64,000 nt of DNA from Hyaloraphidium curvatum SAG 235-1 (taxonomy: Eukaryota > Fungi > Monoblepharomycota). The position numbers were made by a program, and so were the translations under genes. Within the stretch, counting starts at the first letter, position 1. The number at the start of each line of letters is the position of its first letter. The stretch covers positions 1 to 64,000 of the forward strand of contig JAIVFI010000040.1 of the NCBI GenBank assembly GCA_025558095.1, written 5' to 3'. A model generated the notes under the pieces. The model was not told where the DNA came from. It searched no databases and was given only the letters and a program-made list of their open reading frames with translations. Shown here in pieces: positions 1 to 10,584 of this stretch.

Positions 1-288
1 CACCTCGGGGCCGAGGACGTACCTGGTCAACAACGAGTACACCATCGCCGGTCGGTAGCGCGTTTCCTGGTCGTTTGAGGATGCCTTCTCACACCTTCAT
101 CTCCCTTCGCGGCAGACATGATGCTCTTCGGCTGGCTGAACGGGCAGAAGAACAACGCCAAGGCCTTCAGCTTCCTCTCCCTCGACAAGTACCCGAACGT
201 GTGGGCTTGGATCGACCGCCTGGCGGCGCGGCCTGGCGTGCAGCGCGGGATTAAGGTGGCGGCCGCCCCGCCGCCCCCGTCGAGCTAA
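1..288 (+). CDS. Glutathione S-transferase, C-terminal part (5' end outside window)
   Basis: Removing intron 51-115 (gtcggt..ggcag) gives YLVNNEYTIADMMLFGW..KYPNVWAWIDRLAARPGVQRG, a GST C-terminal signature; TAA at 286-288. Confidence 0.85.
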
Positions 289-371
289 GCGGCGGCAATA
301 CCGACCAGTCAGGAGTGTAGTTCCGTTACTTTGACCCTAAAATCCGATGGTAAATCTACATCGCTCGAAAA

Positions 372-1376
372 CTAGCTGTGGATCGTGCGCCACAGGAACG
401 CGGTCGCGGCTGCCGTGGCCGCCGAAGAGACGAGGTTGACGGCCTCGTTGGAGAGGAGCGGGTACCCACAGACCACGACGAACGGGCCGCCACCTGCGCT
501 CCCCGGTGCCGTCTGCGCCGCGAGCATTTCCGGGTGGAACCCGCCGTCCTCGACGACCGCGTCCGCGGGCAGGGCCGCAGTTACCTTGCCGGTCGAGGGC
601 TGGTACCACGTGCGCTGGAGGGTCGCGCCGAGGAACGAGTCCACGAGCGAGCCGAAAAGCCCTGCGCCGGCCATCAGCGGCACCACGATGGAGGGAATCG
701 GGCGGCCGCCGACGAATCCAAGGGCGCGTCCCGTGGTGCCGATGCCGAGGGCGAAGACTCCGACGAACGCCCCGCCTCCTGCAGAGCACAACAGGCCCCA
801 TGAGGAGACGCCCCCGTTGGTCCCGCGGGGCACCTTCCCCATCGTGGTGACGAGCCGCGGGGAGTCGGAAGAGAGGATCCCGAGTTCTGAAGCCCAGGTA
901 TCGCCGCAAACGCAAGCGAACGACCCCAGGTATGCCAGCACGGCCGCGTCCCTATCGTCGACGCCGGTAGTGGCGAACCCGATGCCGGCATCTTCCCGGT
1001 CCAGTTTCGCGAAAAGATAGGCAGCACACGCTGCCCCCACGCCGGCGGTGCATAGGACCTGCATTGCACCCCGGCGAGACTTGTGCGCCTCGAGGTCCCA
1101 CCGCTCCTTGTCCGCCTCGTGGTACCGCGTCGCCGCGGTCCCGGTGAAACAAAACGCGAGCAGGACGCTGCCCAGCGCCGGAGAGCACGTCATGGTGAGG
1201 CTGCCGACGCCAAAGGCCGCCGCGGCGCCGGACGCGCTGAGGCTGCCCCGGTTGAGCCCGCGCCGCGCGATCGACGCGCCCGAGTCTGGTTCACTGATTC
1301 CAGGTCGCGCGGCGAATGGTCACTGATTCCAGGTCGTTCGGCTGCTGGTATTGCTCCCCCCGGCGCTACCTGCCAT
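372..1376 (-). CDS. TMEM19 / DUF92 family membrane protein
   Basis: Motifs RGSLSASGAAAAFGVG, RRGAMQVLC, GDTWASELG, VPRGTNGGVS and GSLVDSFLGATLQ. ATG at 1376 joins in frame through a putative intron at about 1286-1369; start uncertain. Confidence 0.88.
1291..1336. repeat. 17-bp direct repeat TCACTGATTCCAGGTCG x2
   Basis: Copies start at 1291 and 1320, inside the predicted first intron of the DUF92 gene. Confidence 0.85.
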
Positions 1377-1427
1377 GTAGCTTTGCCGCGGAGCGGCCCG
1401 CGAGCGCCAGCGAGCCCCGCGCCAGCG

Positions 1428-1490
1428 GGCACGTACCCGGCCGCCGCAGGCAGGCACGTTCCCGCCGCATGGAGGCACGTTCCCCGCCGC
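1428..1490. repeat. Three degenerate copies of GGCACGT(T/A)CCC..CCGC
   Basis: Copies near 1428, 1453 and 1474, just upstream of the DUF92 gene. Confidence 0.7.
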
Positions 1491-2288
1491 TATTTGATAT
1501 GCGAGCGAAGCGAGCGGTCTGGGCGAGGGGCGAAGCCCCGAGCTACAGGGCAGCAGGCTACAATAACTTTTCGCGGGCAGTTCTTTCCCCCGTGGACGCC
1601 CGCCGGCGGCGCGCGGGATTCGGACGTTGAGATGCATACGCACGCTTTTCATGCAATAAAACCCGTTGGGAAATGCATGGGTAGTGAGATCCCCTGCGGG
1701 GGGGCTTCCGGGCCGGTGGGGGCCAGACGCGGGCTGGAGCGCGCACCCAACACCCCCTAGCCCAAAACCGGCGCCCCGTCCACCTGGGCGGGTTCCGGAG
1801 GCGGCGGACACCACCGCGGTGACGGCGCGCGCGTTCCTGTGCGGCGGCGGCGCGGCGCGGCGGCGGGACGAGGCGCGGTGGGGGCAACCCGGCGCCGCTC
1901 CACGTCGGACCTCCTCACGCGCTGCACACCTCGGCGCCCCTCCCGCGCAGCCACGGTCGACGGCGGTGGACAGCGGGGCACGCCAGCTCCGGGTTGCCGA
2001 TCTTGACCGGAAACCGGACCCGTTCACACACTTTTCCGACGCTCCGGCCTCCGAGTGCCCGGCTAGGCAAAGATCTATCCCTCTGCAAGCTGGACAGTGA
2101 AAACATTCGCCAAATCTAACGAATTGGCTTCTCTAGCAGCCCTCGGCGCTGCCCAGCCAAATCCAGGCCTGGGCCAGACCCGCCACGCCGGTTGCGGAAA
2201 GAGTTTGGGAGGGTGCCGACGACGGCACGCACGCCGAGATGGAGTCCGGGAGCGTCCATCGTTTGCTCGGATACAGCAAGCAGGTGGG

Positions 2289-3465
2289 ATGGGATCGGTG
2301 AGCGGAGGTAAACAGGGCGACGCGTCCCGCACAGCCGACGCGCCCCTCCCGGGCGTCGCCGAGCGTATGGGAACCTCCATAACGAGGGCACCGGCACCCG
2401 ATGATGCGCTCGACGAATCCGTCCTGCCGACGGAACTGCTGCTGCAGGTGCTCGAGACCCTCGCGGACCGCGGCTGCAAGCGCACCCTCGCCGAGGCCTC
2501 CCTGGCCTGCAAATCGCTGTTCGCCGCCGGACTGCCGCTCCTGCACCGCGATGTGGTGGTCAGCAAAGGGGGAATCCCGTTCGAGGCCGTCCCGGGGCTG
2601 TTTGATGGGGAGGGCACCGGCCGAACAGCCGTCCGGCGCCGCGCGCTGAAGGACCTGACGGTCCTCGGCCAGGCACCCGACGCGGACAAAACAAACGAAC
2701 GCTTCTCCGAGATCCTGTACGCGCTCCTCGCTGGCGGTGTGCGGCGGGCGCCCCTCGTCGACCCCGGCCTCTTCGAGGTCGCCGCCGTCATCAGGGCCGC
2801 CCAGGCCCTCCCGGGGCATTTCGGGGTCGATGTCGCCGACCTCGCCGCCGGATCCTTCCAGCACCCGTTTCCCGCCTTCCTCCCCGACCCTAAACCCCCG
2901 CCCGCCACCGTGCGCCTCTGCGTCCCCGAGGACAGCGTGTTGGGCATCGCGGGAGCGGGAACCGCCGCGCCGAACCTGGTCCGGGTGCGGATGGGGTACA
3001 TCGGGCCGGCAGGGCTGGCGCTGCAGCTCGACAACTTCCCCGCGCTCCGGGGTGTGCTGACGTCGGTCAAGACCAACGCCGAGGATTTGCAGGCGACGCT
3101 GGAGCTCGGGATGCCGCTGGAATCGCTGCATGTCGCGGGAGGGACCAGGGCTGGAGGTGGTCGAGTTCTTCAACCCCCACCTGACGCTGAACGGCTCGGA
3201 CCGGGAAAGGATGCGGGCCAAGCTGGTCAGATTGGGACCAGGGTGCACTTCATCCTCGTTAGCTTCTTGTGGAAGGACGTGGACCACGAGGAGCTCTCGT
3301 TCTGGCGCTCCGTGCCCGGATTCTCGGCGGTGTATGTCGATCCGCCGGACGACCATCAGGGCAACAATGAGGATGAAGGGGGGGGAGAACGGAGGGGAAG
3401 GGGATGCGGTTGCACCGGACGCCACAGGGCCAGATGGCGGTGGATTCGTTGCAGAGGGCGTGTGA
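2289..3465 (+). pseudogene. Family A copy 1 (F-box-like N-terminus), disrupted
   Basis: LPTELLLQVLETLA..ASLACKSLFAAGLPLL aligns with copies 2 and 3. About 30 codons are missing near 3140, and homology switches frame near 3140, near 3235 and at a G8 run (3378-3385). Confidence 0.7.
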
Positions 3466-3606
3466 ACATGCTATCGGTCTCCCATAGCCATAATCCCTCC
3501 GCGCCACCATTACCCAACACATATCACGCCCGCCCGTCCGGCTGGTCCGCAACCTCCTGGTACGCTCCCGTCCCAAGCGACGCCAACCTCCTGCATCCGA
3601 ACTGCT

Positions 3607-4344
3607 TCAATAGTCCTTGCGTACGACAGCCCCCGACCGCACCCACCCTTTCGCCGTGAACAGGGCCAGGAACACGAGACCGTTGAGGAGCTGGATCGCG
3701 CCGAGTGCGAGCTCGCCGTACGTTCCGCGCAAATACAGCACCACGGAGCCCAGCAGGACCGCGTGCACCAGGATCCCGCCGAGGATCAGCACCGCCGCGT
3801 CCGACCGCGACACGAGCCCCTCGGCGAGGAACCTCCGAATCACATACAAGGACGCCGGGAAAAAGATGAGCAGGGACGTCACGAGCCCGGGATTGTACAT
3901 GGCGGAAGTGCCAATGGAGATCAGGCCGCGGAACGCGCCCGCGGTGTGCGCGACCGCGTTGACCGCCGCGACGCCGTAGACAGACAGTGCGATCCGCGGG
4001 TTCCTGGGCGCCAAGACGATGGCGATCGCGGCCGAGCCCCACACCGAGCCGACGTTGACGGCGGTGAAGAATGAAGCCGGGATCGGACATCTCGGCGGCG
4101 CGTCCAGCCCGAGGGTGCGGCACATCGCGGCGGGGAAGTCGGTGCCGTACTCCTCGGCTTGGTGCAACTGATACGCCGCGAGGGCGGCCCACGCGGCCGC
4201 ACGGGGGTCGAGCGGGGCGGAGAGGGAGAGCGTGCGGCGGGGGATGCCGAGCGAGGCGGGGGAGACGGCGAGGAGGCCGAGGATGGCGGGGGCGCAGACG
4301 GCGCCGAAGATAAACCAGTTGCGGTCGATGAGATTGCCCTGCAT
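3607..4344 (-). CDS. HXXEE-domain membrane protein
   Basis: AYQLHQAEEY motif, VNAVAH, YNPGLVTSLLIFFP and several TM segments; intronless. Confidence 0.88.
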   Translation of the reverse strand: MQGNLIDRNWFIFGAVCAPAILGLLAVSPASLGIPRRTLSLSAPLDPRAAAWAALAAYQLHQAEEYGTDFPAAMCRTLGLDAPPRCPIPASFFTAVNVGSVWGSAAIAIVLAPRNPRIALSVYGVAAVNAVAHTAGAFRGLISIGTSAMYNPGLVTSLLIFFPASLYVIRRFLAEGLVSRSDAAVLILGGILVHAVLLGSVVLYLRGTYGELALGAIQLLNGLVFLALFTAKGWVRSGAVVRKDY

Positions 4345-4517
4345 CGCGCGTTCGGGGCGGCGGCAGACGCGTCAATCTTGGTCGGCTGTTCACCGATTGC
4401 GTTCTCTGGGGACAGGGCTTCGCTTTTCGTGTATGTTGTGTCAGTGGACGCAACTCGAGTTTGGCGGCGCCGCGCGCGTCGATCGATCGTGACCGCGTGG
4501 CGAATCCCTGCCAAACA

Positions 4518-5762
4518 ATGGGGCCCCGGCGCCGTCGGAGACTGGCCGGCGGCCCGTCGAAGCCTTCCGAGCCCAGCGTAACACCGCATGCGTCCGCGGA
4601 CGAGGTCGCTCTGCCGCCGGAACTGCTATTTCTGGTGCTGGAAGTGCTCGCCTCGCGCGGCTGGAAAATCAGCCTCCTCGAAACTTCTCTGTGCTGCAAG
4701 GCGCTGTACGCGGTCGGTTTGCCTCTCCTGTACCGAGTGATTGTCGTCGGCCGGGGCGGCGTGCCGTTTGGCGAGCTTGGTGCTCTTTTCGGATCGCCCT
4801 CCAGCGGCACCGAGCTGCAGCAGGTTCGGCTCGGCGCGGTGCGGGACCTAACGATCGTCGGCGCTGGCCCCGAGCCGACGGGCGACAACGGAACGGCCCT
4901 GGTCTCCCTCCTCGCCCGCGCCCGACGGGCCACCCTCGACGAGCCGGGGATGAACGAGGTCGTGGCGTTTGCCCAGGCCGCCAGCAACCGGCCCGGCCGC
5001 ATCGGTGCCGACCTGCTCGTGCTTCGGGACCGCGAGCTGTACCCCGCCCTGCCCCCGGATCCGCAACCGGCGGAAGCCACGGTCCGCCTGCGCGTGTCGG
5101 ACGACGCGAGGCTTGGCCTGGCCGCCGTGGGCGTCGCGGCGCCCAGCCTCGCGCGGATCCGCATCGAGTTCCCGGGCGGTGCGGAGCTGGCGGATAGCTT
5201 TGAGCGCTCGGATTTCCTGAAGAGCAAGGTCACGGCGGTGAGGACGCCCTCGGAGGAGCTCGGATCGGTGCTGGCGCTGGGGATGCCGCTGGACACGATC
5301 AACATCTCGGGGTGGGGCCTTCCCGATGGGACCACGGTCGACACGCTCAGAGTGCGCGGGATTCGGTGCCTCAGGGTTGCTCTCCTGGAGACGAGCGCTC
5401 TGTTGGACCTGAAGGGGCCGGGTCTCGAAGTCATCCAGTTCTTCAACCCAATATCTGACCTGGTCTCGAAAGCAGAGCGCGAAGGGGTGCGCGAAAAGCT
5501 AACCAGCTACGGCGTGCGAATCCATTTCATATTCGCCAGCGGGTTTTGGAAGGAGAATTGGGAAGCCGACGGCATCGGGGAGGAGGAGTTTGCGTTCTGG
5601 CGCACGGTTGGCGGGTTTTCCTTTCAGGTTTTCGATTCGTCTGACCCGGAGGGGGCCGAGGAGGACGCCGACGAGGAAGCTGCGGGAGAGGGAGACGGCG
5701 TAGAGCCCGACGACGCCGATGGCGGGGACAATGCTCCTGCCGGGGGCGAGGTCGGGGAATAG
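4518..5762 (+). CDS. Family A copy 2, intact hypothetical protein with F-box-like N-terminus and acidic tail
   Basis: Uninterrupted ORF with LPPELLFLVLEVLA..SLCCKALY..GLPLLYR, GPGLEVIQFFNP and FWRTVGGFS. Confidence 0.8.
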   Translation: MGPRRRRRLAGGPSKPSEPSVTPHASADEVALPPELLFLVLEVLASRGWKISLLETSLCCKALYAVGLPLLYRVIVVGRGGVPFGELGALFGSPSSGTELQQVRLGAVRDLTIVGAGPEPTGDNGTALVSLLARARRATLDEPGMNEVVAFAQAASNRPGRIGADLLVLRDRELYPALPPDPQPAEATVRLRVSDDARLGLAAVGVAAPSLARIRIEFPGGAELADSFERSDFLKSKVTAVRTPSEELGSVLALGMPLDTINISGWGLPDGTTVDTLRVRGIRCLRVALLETSALLDLKGPGLEVIQFFNPISDLVSKAEREGVREKLTSYGVRIHFIFASGFWKENWEADGIGEEEFAFWRTVGGFSFQVFDSSDPEGAEEDADEEAAGEGDGVEPDDADGGDNAPAGGEVGE

Positions 5763-5921
5763 ACGAACAACGTCCACCCATTTGGATTTTTCAGCATCCC
5801 CATTAGACCGTTTTGCTGCAGGCGTGCCAATTCTAGTGTGTCAACGTTACGGCAGCCGAGCACGCCCCAGGACGCAGAGGCCAGACCCGGGGCCGCCGTC
5901 CCACCTTCCTCGGCCGTAACC

Positions 5922-7081
5922 ATGGGACCGCGCCGCAGTCCTCGGCTGGCTCTCGGCGCGCCGAACCGGTCCGAACACGGTGCAAAGCCGCCTGCGGCCG
6001 TCGACGAGGTGGCGCTGCCGCCGGAGCTCCTGTTCCTGGTGCTGGAGGTCCTCGGTAGATGTGGGTGGAAAAGGAGCCTGCTCGAGGCCTCCCTGTGCTG
6101 CAAGGCGCTATACTCCGTCGGTCTGCCGCTGCTCTACCGAAGTATTGTCATTGGACGAGGCGGAATCGCCTTCGAGGCTCTTGGCGCTCTCTTCCTGGAC
6201 TCCGAGGACGACGCGTCGGAAGGAATCCGCATGGACGCCGTGCGGGACCTGACTGTGACCGGGCCGGCGCCGCAGTCGCTGCTCGAATCGGACTACTTAC
6301 ACGCCCTGACCGCGTTGCTCGCGAAAGTCGGCACGGCCACGCTCAGGACCCCGGGCATGGTCGAGCTTGTCGCCTTCATCAACGCCGCGGCGGCCAGCCC
6401 CTCCCGGATCGGAGCCGACGTCCTGACGGAAAGCTCCTGGGCATGCGGACAGTTCTGCGCCGTGTTCCCGCCCGATCCCTCGCCTCCGCAAGCCACCGTC
6501 TGCTTCCAGGTTTGGGAGGCGGAGCACAGGTTCGTCCTCGCCGCGCTCGAGATGGCGTCGCACAACCTCGCCGGGGTGCGCCTCTCGCACGCCAACGTGT
6601 CGCGCCTGGAGGGGATCCTGGACGGCAATCTGGCCCTCAGGAACGCGGTGGTCGCCGCCACCACCACCTCGAGGCGCCTCGAGGCAGCACTGGCGCTTGG
6701 GCTGCCGCTGCGTGGCTCCAGGTCACGGGCGGGACATCGTTGCCCGACATTTTCGAGACCCTCCGGCGCAAGGGCATCAGGAGCGCGCGGGTGGCGCTCG
6801 TGGGAACGAATTCGTTGCTCCATCTGGAAGGACCCGGTCTCGATGTTGTCGAGTTCTTCAACCCCATTCCCAAGCTGGCCACCGTCGGGGACCGGGAGAG
6901 GGCCCGAAGGAAGCTTGCAGCATTCGGGACTCGGGTGAAATTCATCGTGGCAGATTACGTCGTGCGGGAGAGGTGGAGCACAAAGGGTGCTGCGGACGAG
7001 CTTGCGTTCTGGCGCACCGTGGACGGCTTTTCCTGGCACGTCTTCACGGACGATATGTACAAGGAGGAAGGAGGTAGCTAA
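5922..7081 (+). pseudogene. Family A copy 3, one frameshift near 6712
   Basis: N-half is in ORF 5838-6938; the homologous C-half (WLQVTGG..GPGLDVVEFFNP..FWRTVDGFS) is in ORF 6059-7081; no intron signals at the switch. Confidence 0.72.
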
Positions 7082-7153
7082 AAAGATGCCGAAAGAAAGA
7101 GTTTGGAAGGGTAACAGCCCGTCGACGAGCAGGCGCCCCACAAGGTGGCACTG

Positions 7154-8761
7154 TCACCGATACGGCAGGTACATCCACCTCTCCCTCGGATCGTCCTTGA
7201 ACGGCCACACCACGATGTGCGCCGCGAACGCCCCGACGGTGCACCCCAGCACCCCCGCCATCACCCTCGCCGCAAACTCCGGCCCCGCGAACCCCGCGCG
7301 CGAGTTGAACCCCGACAGCGACGCCTTCATCGACACGGCGCCGGGCACGACGAACTGCAGCGCGACGTAGACGACGACAAAGGCCGAGCGCCGCGTGAAC
7401 CGCGCGTAGAGGAAGCCCGGGAGGGAGCCGCCGAAGGTGGAGAGCAGGACGACGAGGCCGAAGCCGTTGGTGCCGGCGTGCTGGATCCACGGGATGCGCT
7501 GCAGGCCTACCCAGAGGGCGAATGCGACGCCGGCGGGGGGGATGGAGAGGAGGTAGTGCGACGGGAAGGTGCACTCCATCATGGCGCAGTGCAGGGCGGC
7601 GACGAAGGGGAAGAGGAGGAGGTAGTAAAGCGGGTCGACGGCCGCGGGGACGCAGTCGTTGGTGGGGAGGACCGGGAGGGGGAGGAAGTTGGCGAGCAGG
7701 AGGCCGGCGTCTAGGCCGAAGCCCATCAGGATCACGAGACCGACCGACTGGATGAGCCGCGAGGCGCCGGCCGAGGCCGAGTGCGTGATAAGTTCCATGA
7801 CCGAGAGCACGAGCGGCAGGCCCGGGATCAGCCAGACGATGCCGGCGAGGCCGAGGGTGCCGAAGCACACGCCGGGGAAGAGGCCGGTGCCGACGATGAC
7901 GGCCGCGAGGAAGCCGACGATCACGCACGTGAAGAGCTCGAAGAGGTAGCCGAACAGCGGGTTGGTCTTGTCCTTGACCAGCTGCAGCACCCCGGGCACC
8001 ATCCCCAGGGGGAACGCGAGCAGCGCGGCGATCCACGGGCCGTCAAAGAACATGATGGCCATTCCCGCCGAGATGAGTGGCACGAACAGCAGGTTCTTGG
8101 TGAGCGGGTCCCACAGCGGCGGCAGCGCGGCGATCCGGAACAGCTCTTCCTCGAGCGTCTGAACCATCACCAGCTCGTCCTCCAGAGGCTGCGGTGGCGG
8201 CGTGGGGAGTTCCGCGAGCTCGAAGTCGCCCATTGCGGGGATGGTGCCCTCCGTGCGACGCCTCGTCCGTATGGCGGGCGGGTTGTCCCCCGCCGGGTGC
8301 GCCCTCGCCGACCCCTGCAGCGCCCCCGCCCCGGGCGGCTCCCCGGCCGGTGCCGGCCCGCGCTTGGCGCCGAACATAAGCTGCGAATAGGCATCGGTGA
8401 CCAGATCGAGCTTGCGCAGGTCGAACCCGCGCTCGAGCTTGATGAAGCGCGCGGAGCCCGTGTCGCGCGACTCGGAGTAGTCGAGCAGCCCGGGCGGCGT
8501 TAAGGGCGCCGGGTCGAGGAACCGCACGAAGAGGACGTCGGAGCTCGCGGGAAACGTCTCGAGCGGGACGCCCAGCAGCTGGCTGGCGTGCTCGACCGTG
8601 TCGCTGGAAGGGGACGGGCGAATCAGCGGAAGGCGAGGGCGGCGGGGGGCGGCCCACCTGTTGCGGTGCAGCGACGCACCGTACTCGTAGTGCAGCTTCG
8701 TGAGCTCCAGGAGGAGGCGGCGCTTGCGGGCGACGAGCTGGTCGCTCATAGCGGTGGGCAT
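7154..8761 (-). CDS. ThrE / DUF1212 (Prm10-like) threonine-serine exporter family protein
   Basis: LHYEYGASLHR, GFDLRKLDLV, GIVWLIPGLPLVLSVMEL and about 10 TM helices; in-frame 54-nt intron at 8604-8657. Confidence 0.85.
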   Translation of the reverse strand: MPTAMSDQLVARKRRLLLELTKLHYEYGASLHRNRWAAPRRPRLPLIRPSPSSDTVEHASQLLGVPLETFPASSDVLFVRFLDPAPLTPPGLLDYSESRDTGSARFIKLERGFDLRKLDLVTDAYSQLMFGAKRGPAPAGEPPGAGALQGSARAHPAGDNPPAIRTRRRTEGTIPAMGDFELAELPTPPPQPLEDELVMVQTLEEELFRIAALPPLWDPLTKNLLFVPLISAGMAIMFFDGPWIAALLAFPLGMVPGVLQLVKDKTNPLFGYLFELFTCVIVGFLAAVIVGTGLFPGVCFGTLGLAGIVWLIPGLPLVLSVMELITHSASAGASRLIQSVGLVILMGFGLDAGLLLANFLPLPVLPTNDCVPAAVDPLYYLLLFPFVAALHCAMMECTFPSHYLLSIPPAGVAFALWVGLQRIPWIQHAGTNGFGLVVLLSTFGGSLPGFLYARFTRRSAFVVVYVALQFVVPGAVSMKASLSGFNSRAGFAGPEFAARVMAGVLGCTVGAFAAHIVVWPFKDDPRERWMYLPYR

Positions 8762-8914
8762 TTCTTCGGGACGCGGATTTGCCCCCGCCCGCGCCGCCAA
8801 ACAGGACCCGGGGCTCGGCGCGGGCAAACTCGGCAAGAGAGGCGTCACACACAGCAGGTGTAATTTGCCGAGTAAGGTTACGGTGATCACCCAAAGACAG
8901 GGCCCGAAAGCCGT

Positions 8915-10399
8915 CTACAGCGAGGCCGCACCCTCTGGCGGCCTGAACAAGTATGGCACCTCGACAAACGCCCCCTCCCTCGCCAGCCCCATCTCCTTGA
9001 GCTTCTTCCTGATCAATCCCAGCTGCTCCTTACCCCAGTACATCTCCCCGTCCACCCAGAACGACGGGATCCCCCAGATCCCCCTTTCGTGCGCCGTGCG
9101 GAGCACCCCCTCCAGCTCCTTCGGGCCGTCCCCGCGCGCGTAGGCAAGGAAGGCCGCGGCGTCGCCCTGGTCGCGGGTGCATTTCGCGACGAGCGCCGAG
9201 ATGGCGGCCGGATCCTCGAGGTTGAGCTTGCGCTTCCACGTGAGCTCGAACGCCTCGTCGACAAAGGCGTCCTGCGCCCACCGCCCCCGCGTCTCGCAAA
9301 ACAGGATGGCCAGGCAGGTCAGCGTCGAGTCCCACACCTTTTCCTGCCCGTAGATGGTGATCCCCCTGAGCTGGCCGAGGCGGCGGATGTCGGCGTACCC
9401 CACGAGCAGGTTGGCCCGCTGCTGCTCCGTGCGGGGCTTGGTCACCGCCGCGGCGGGCTTGCCCGGGTCGGGCTTGACGTCCTCGCCGTGGATCGACCCG
9501 ATGTCCATGTCGAAGGGCAGCGTGCGCACGCGCACGTCGAACTCGCGCTCCAGCGCGCGGGCGGGCTCGACGCCGAGGAACGCGTGCGGGCTCTTGATGT
9601 CGAGGTAGAGAACGATGGTGAGGCGGGCGGGGCGCGGGGTTCGCGAGTTGGCGTTGTAGGCGGCGAGGAGCTGCTGCCTGGTGGGGCCGCCGGGCATGCC
9701 GGGGGCGTCGGGGGCGACGGTGCGGTGGCCGGGGGACCAGGTGAAGGGAACGTCGGGCACCACGTCGGGGCGCCTGCGGGCGGCGCCGGCGAGCTCGAGC
9801 TGCAGGCGCGCCATCGAGAGGCCTTCGAAGGAGAGCGAGTCCACCTTGCCGACCCGCCACGTGCACGGGCGCACCGCGGCGCCGGGCATCACGTCGCTGC
9901 CCCGGATGGGACCCTCGGCCTCTGCCATGATGCGGGAGACGGCGCCGGGAGGGGGAGACACGCCGCACGCCTTTTCCAGGAGGCCCTCGGCCACGGCCGG
10001 GTTCCCGACGTCCACCGACGCGTCCACATACGCGGAAAAGCCGAGAGCGACGTAGGCGAGCGCCTGCGCCGGCGTGCCCCGCGTGCGGACGTGCCGCAGC
10101 CCCGCCAGCAGCGCGCGCGAGGACCGCGCCCTCTCGGCAAACACCGCGGCCGGCACCCGCAGCCCCTGCACCGCCGCGACCCTCTCGTAGTTGCGCACCT
10201 TGTGTGCGCGCGTGCGGTCGCGGATCGGCGTGGGCTCGGCGGGCGGGGAGAGGTCTCCCGCGGGTGCCTCCCACTCGACCACGACGAGCGGCGCCGCGTA
10301 GTCCTGCGGGACCGCGTGCGCGGGGCCGTCGGCGTGGAAGGAGAGGAAGCAGTCGCTGGACTTGAAGTCGACCGCGGCGAGGAGCACGGGGGCGGCCAT
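8915..10399 (-). CDS. Tandem-domain DsbA-like / HCCA isomerase (GST-kappa type) protein, paralog 1
   Basis: Two thioredoxin-fold starts (VDFKSSDCFL and YLDIKSPHAFLG) and C-terminal GIWGIPSFWVDGEMYWGKEQL; intronless. Confidence 0.85.
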   Translation of the reverse strand: MAAPVLLAAVDFKSSDCFLSFHADGPAHAVPQDYAAPLVVVEWEAPAGDLSPPAEPTPIRDRTRAHKVRNYERVAAVQGLRVPAAVFAERARSSRALLAGLRHVRTRGTPAQALAYVALGFSAYVDASVDVGNPAVAEGLLEKACGVSPPPGAVSRIMAEAEGPIRGSDVMPGAAVRPCTWRVGKVDSLSFEGLSMARLQLELAGAARRRPDVVPDVPFTWSPGHRTVAPDAPGMPGGPTRQQLLAAYNANSRTPRPARLTIVLYLDIKSPHAFLGVEPARALEREFDVRVRTLPFDMDIGSIHGEDVKPDPGKPAAAVTKPRTEQQRANLLVGYADIRRLGQLRGITIYGQEKVWDSTLTCLAILFCETRGRWAQDAFVDEAFELTWKRKLNLEDPAAISALVAKCTRDQGDAAAFLAYARGDGPKELEGVLRTAHERGIWGIPSFWVDGEMYWGKEQLGLIRKKLKEMGLAREGAFVEVPYLFRPPEGAASL

Positions 10400-10584
10400 C
10401 TCGGTCGCGAGTGTGGGTCGGCGGTTGGTTGGGGTTGGTCGGAGGCGTCGTCAGGGAAATGCGGAATTGAGAGCCCCGGTGGTTTCGGCGCGCACCCGAT
10501 TCGGCACGTACTCCTCCGTCTCCTCCACCAAAGCAAGCCACGATCGGCCCCCGACATTTCTACCCGCGACGGCGCCCGGGCGCA

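Noticed and set aside
3140-6720. Programmed ribosomal frameshifting in family A
   Set aside because: No shared slippery site, the lesions differ between copies, and copy 2 is intact; decay or assembly error is simpler
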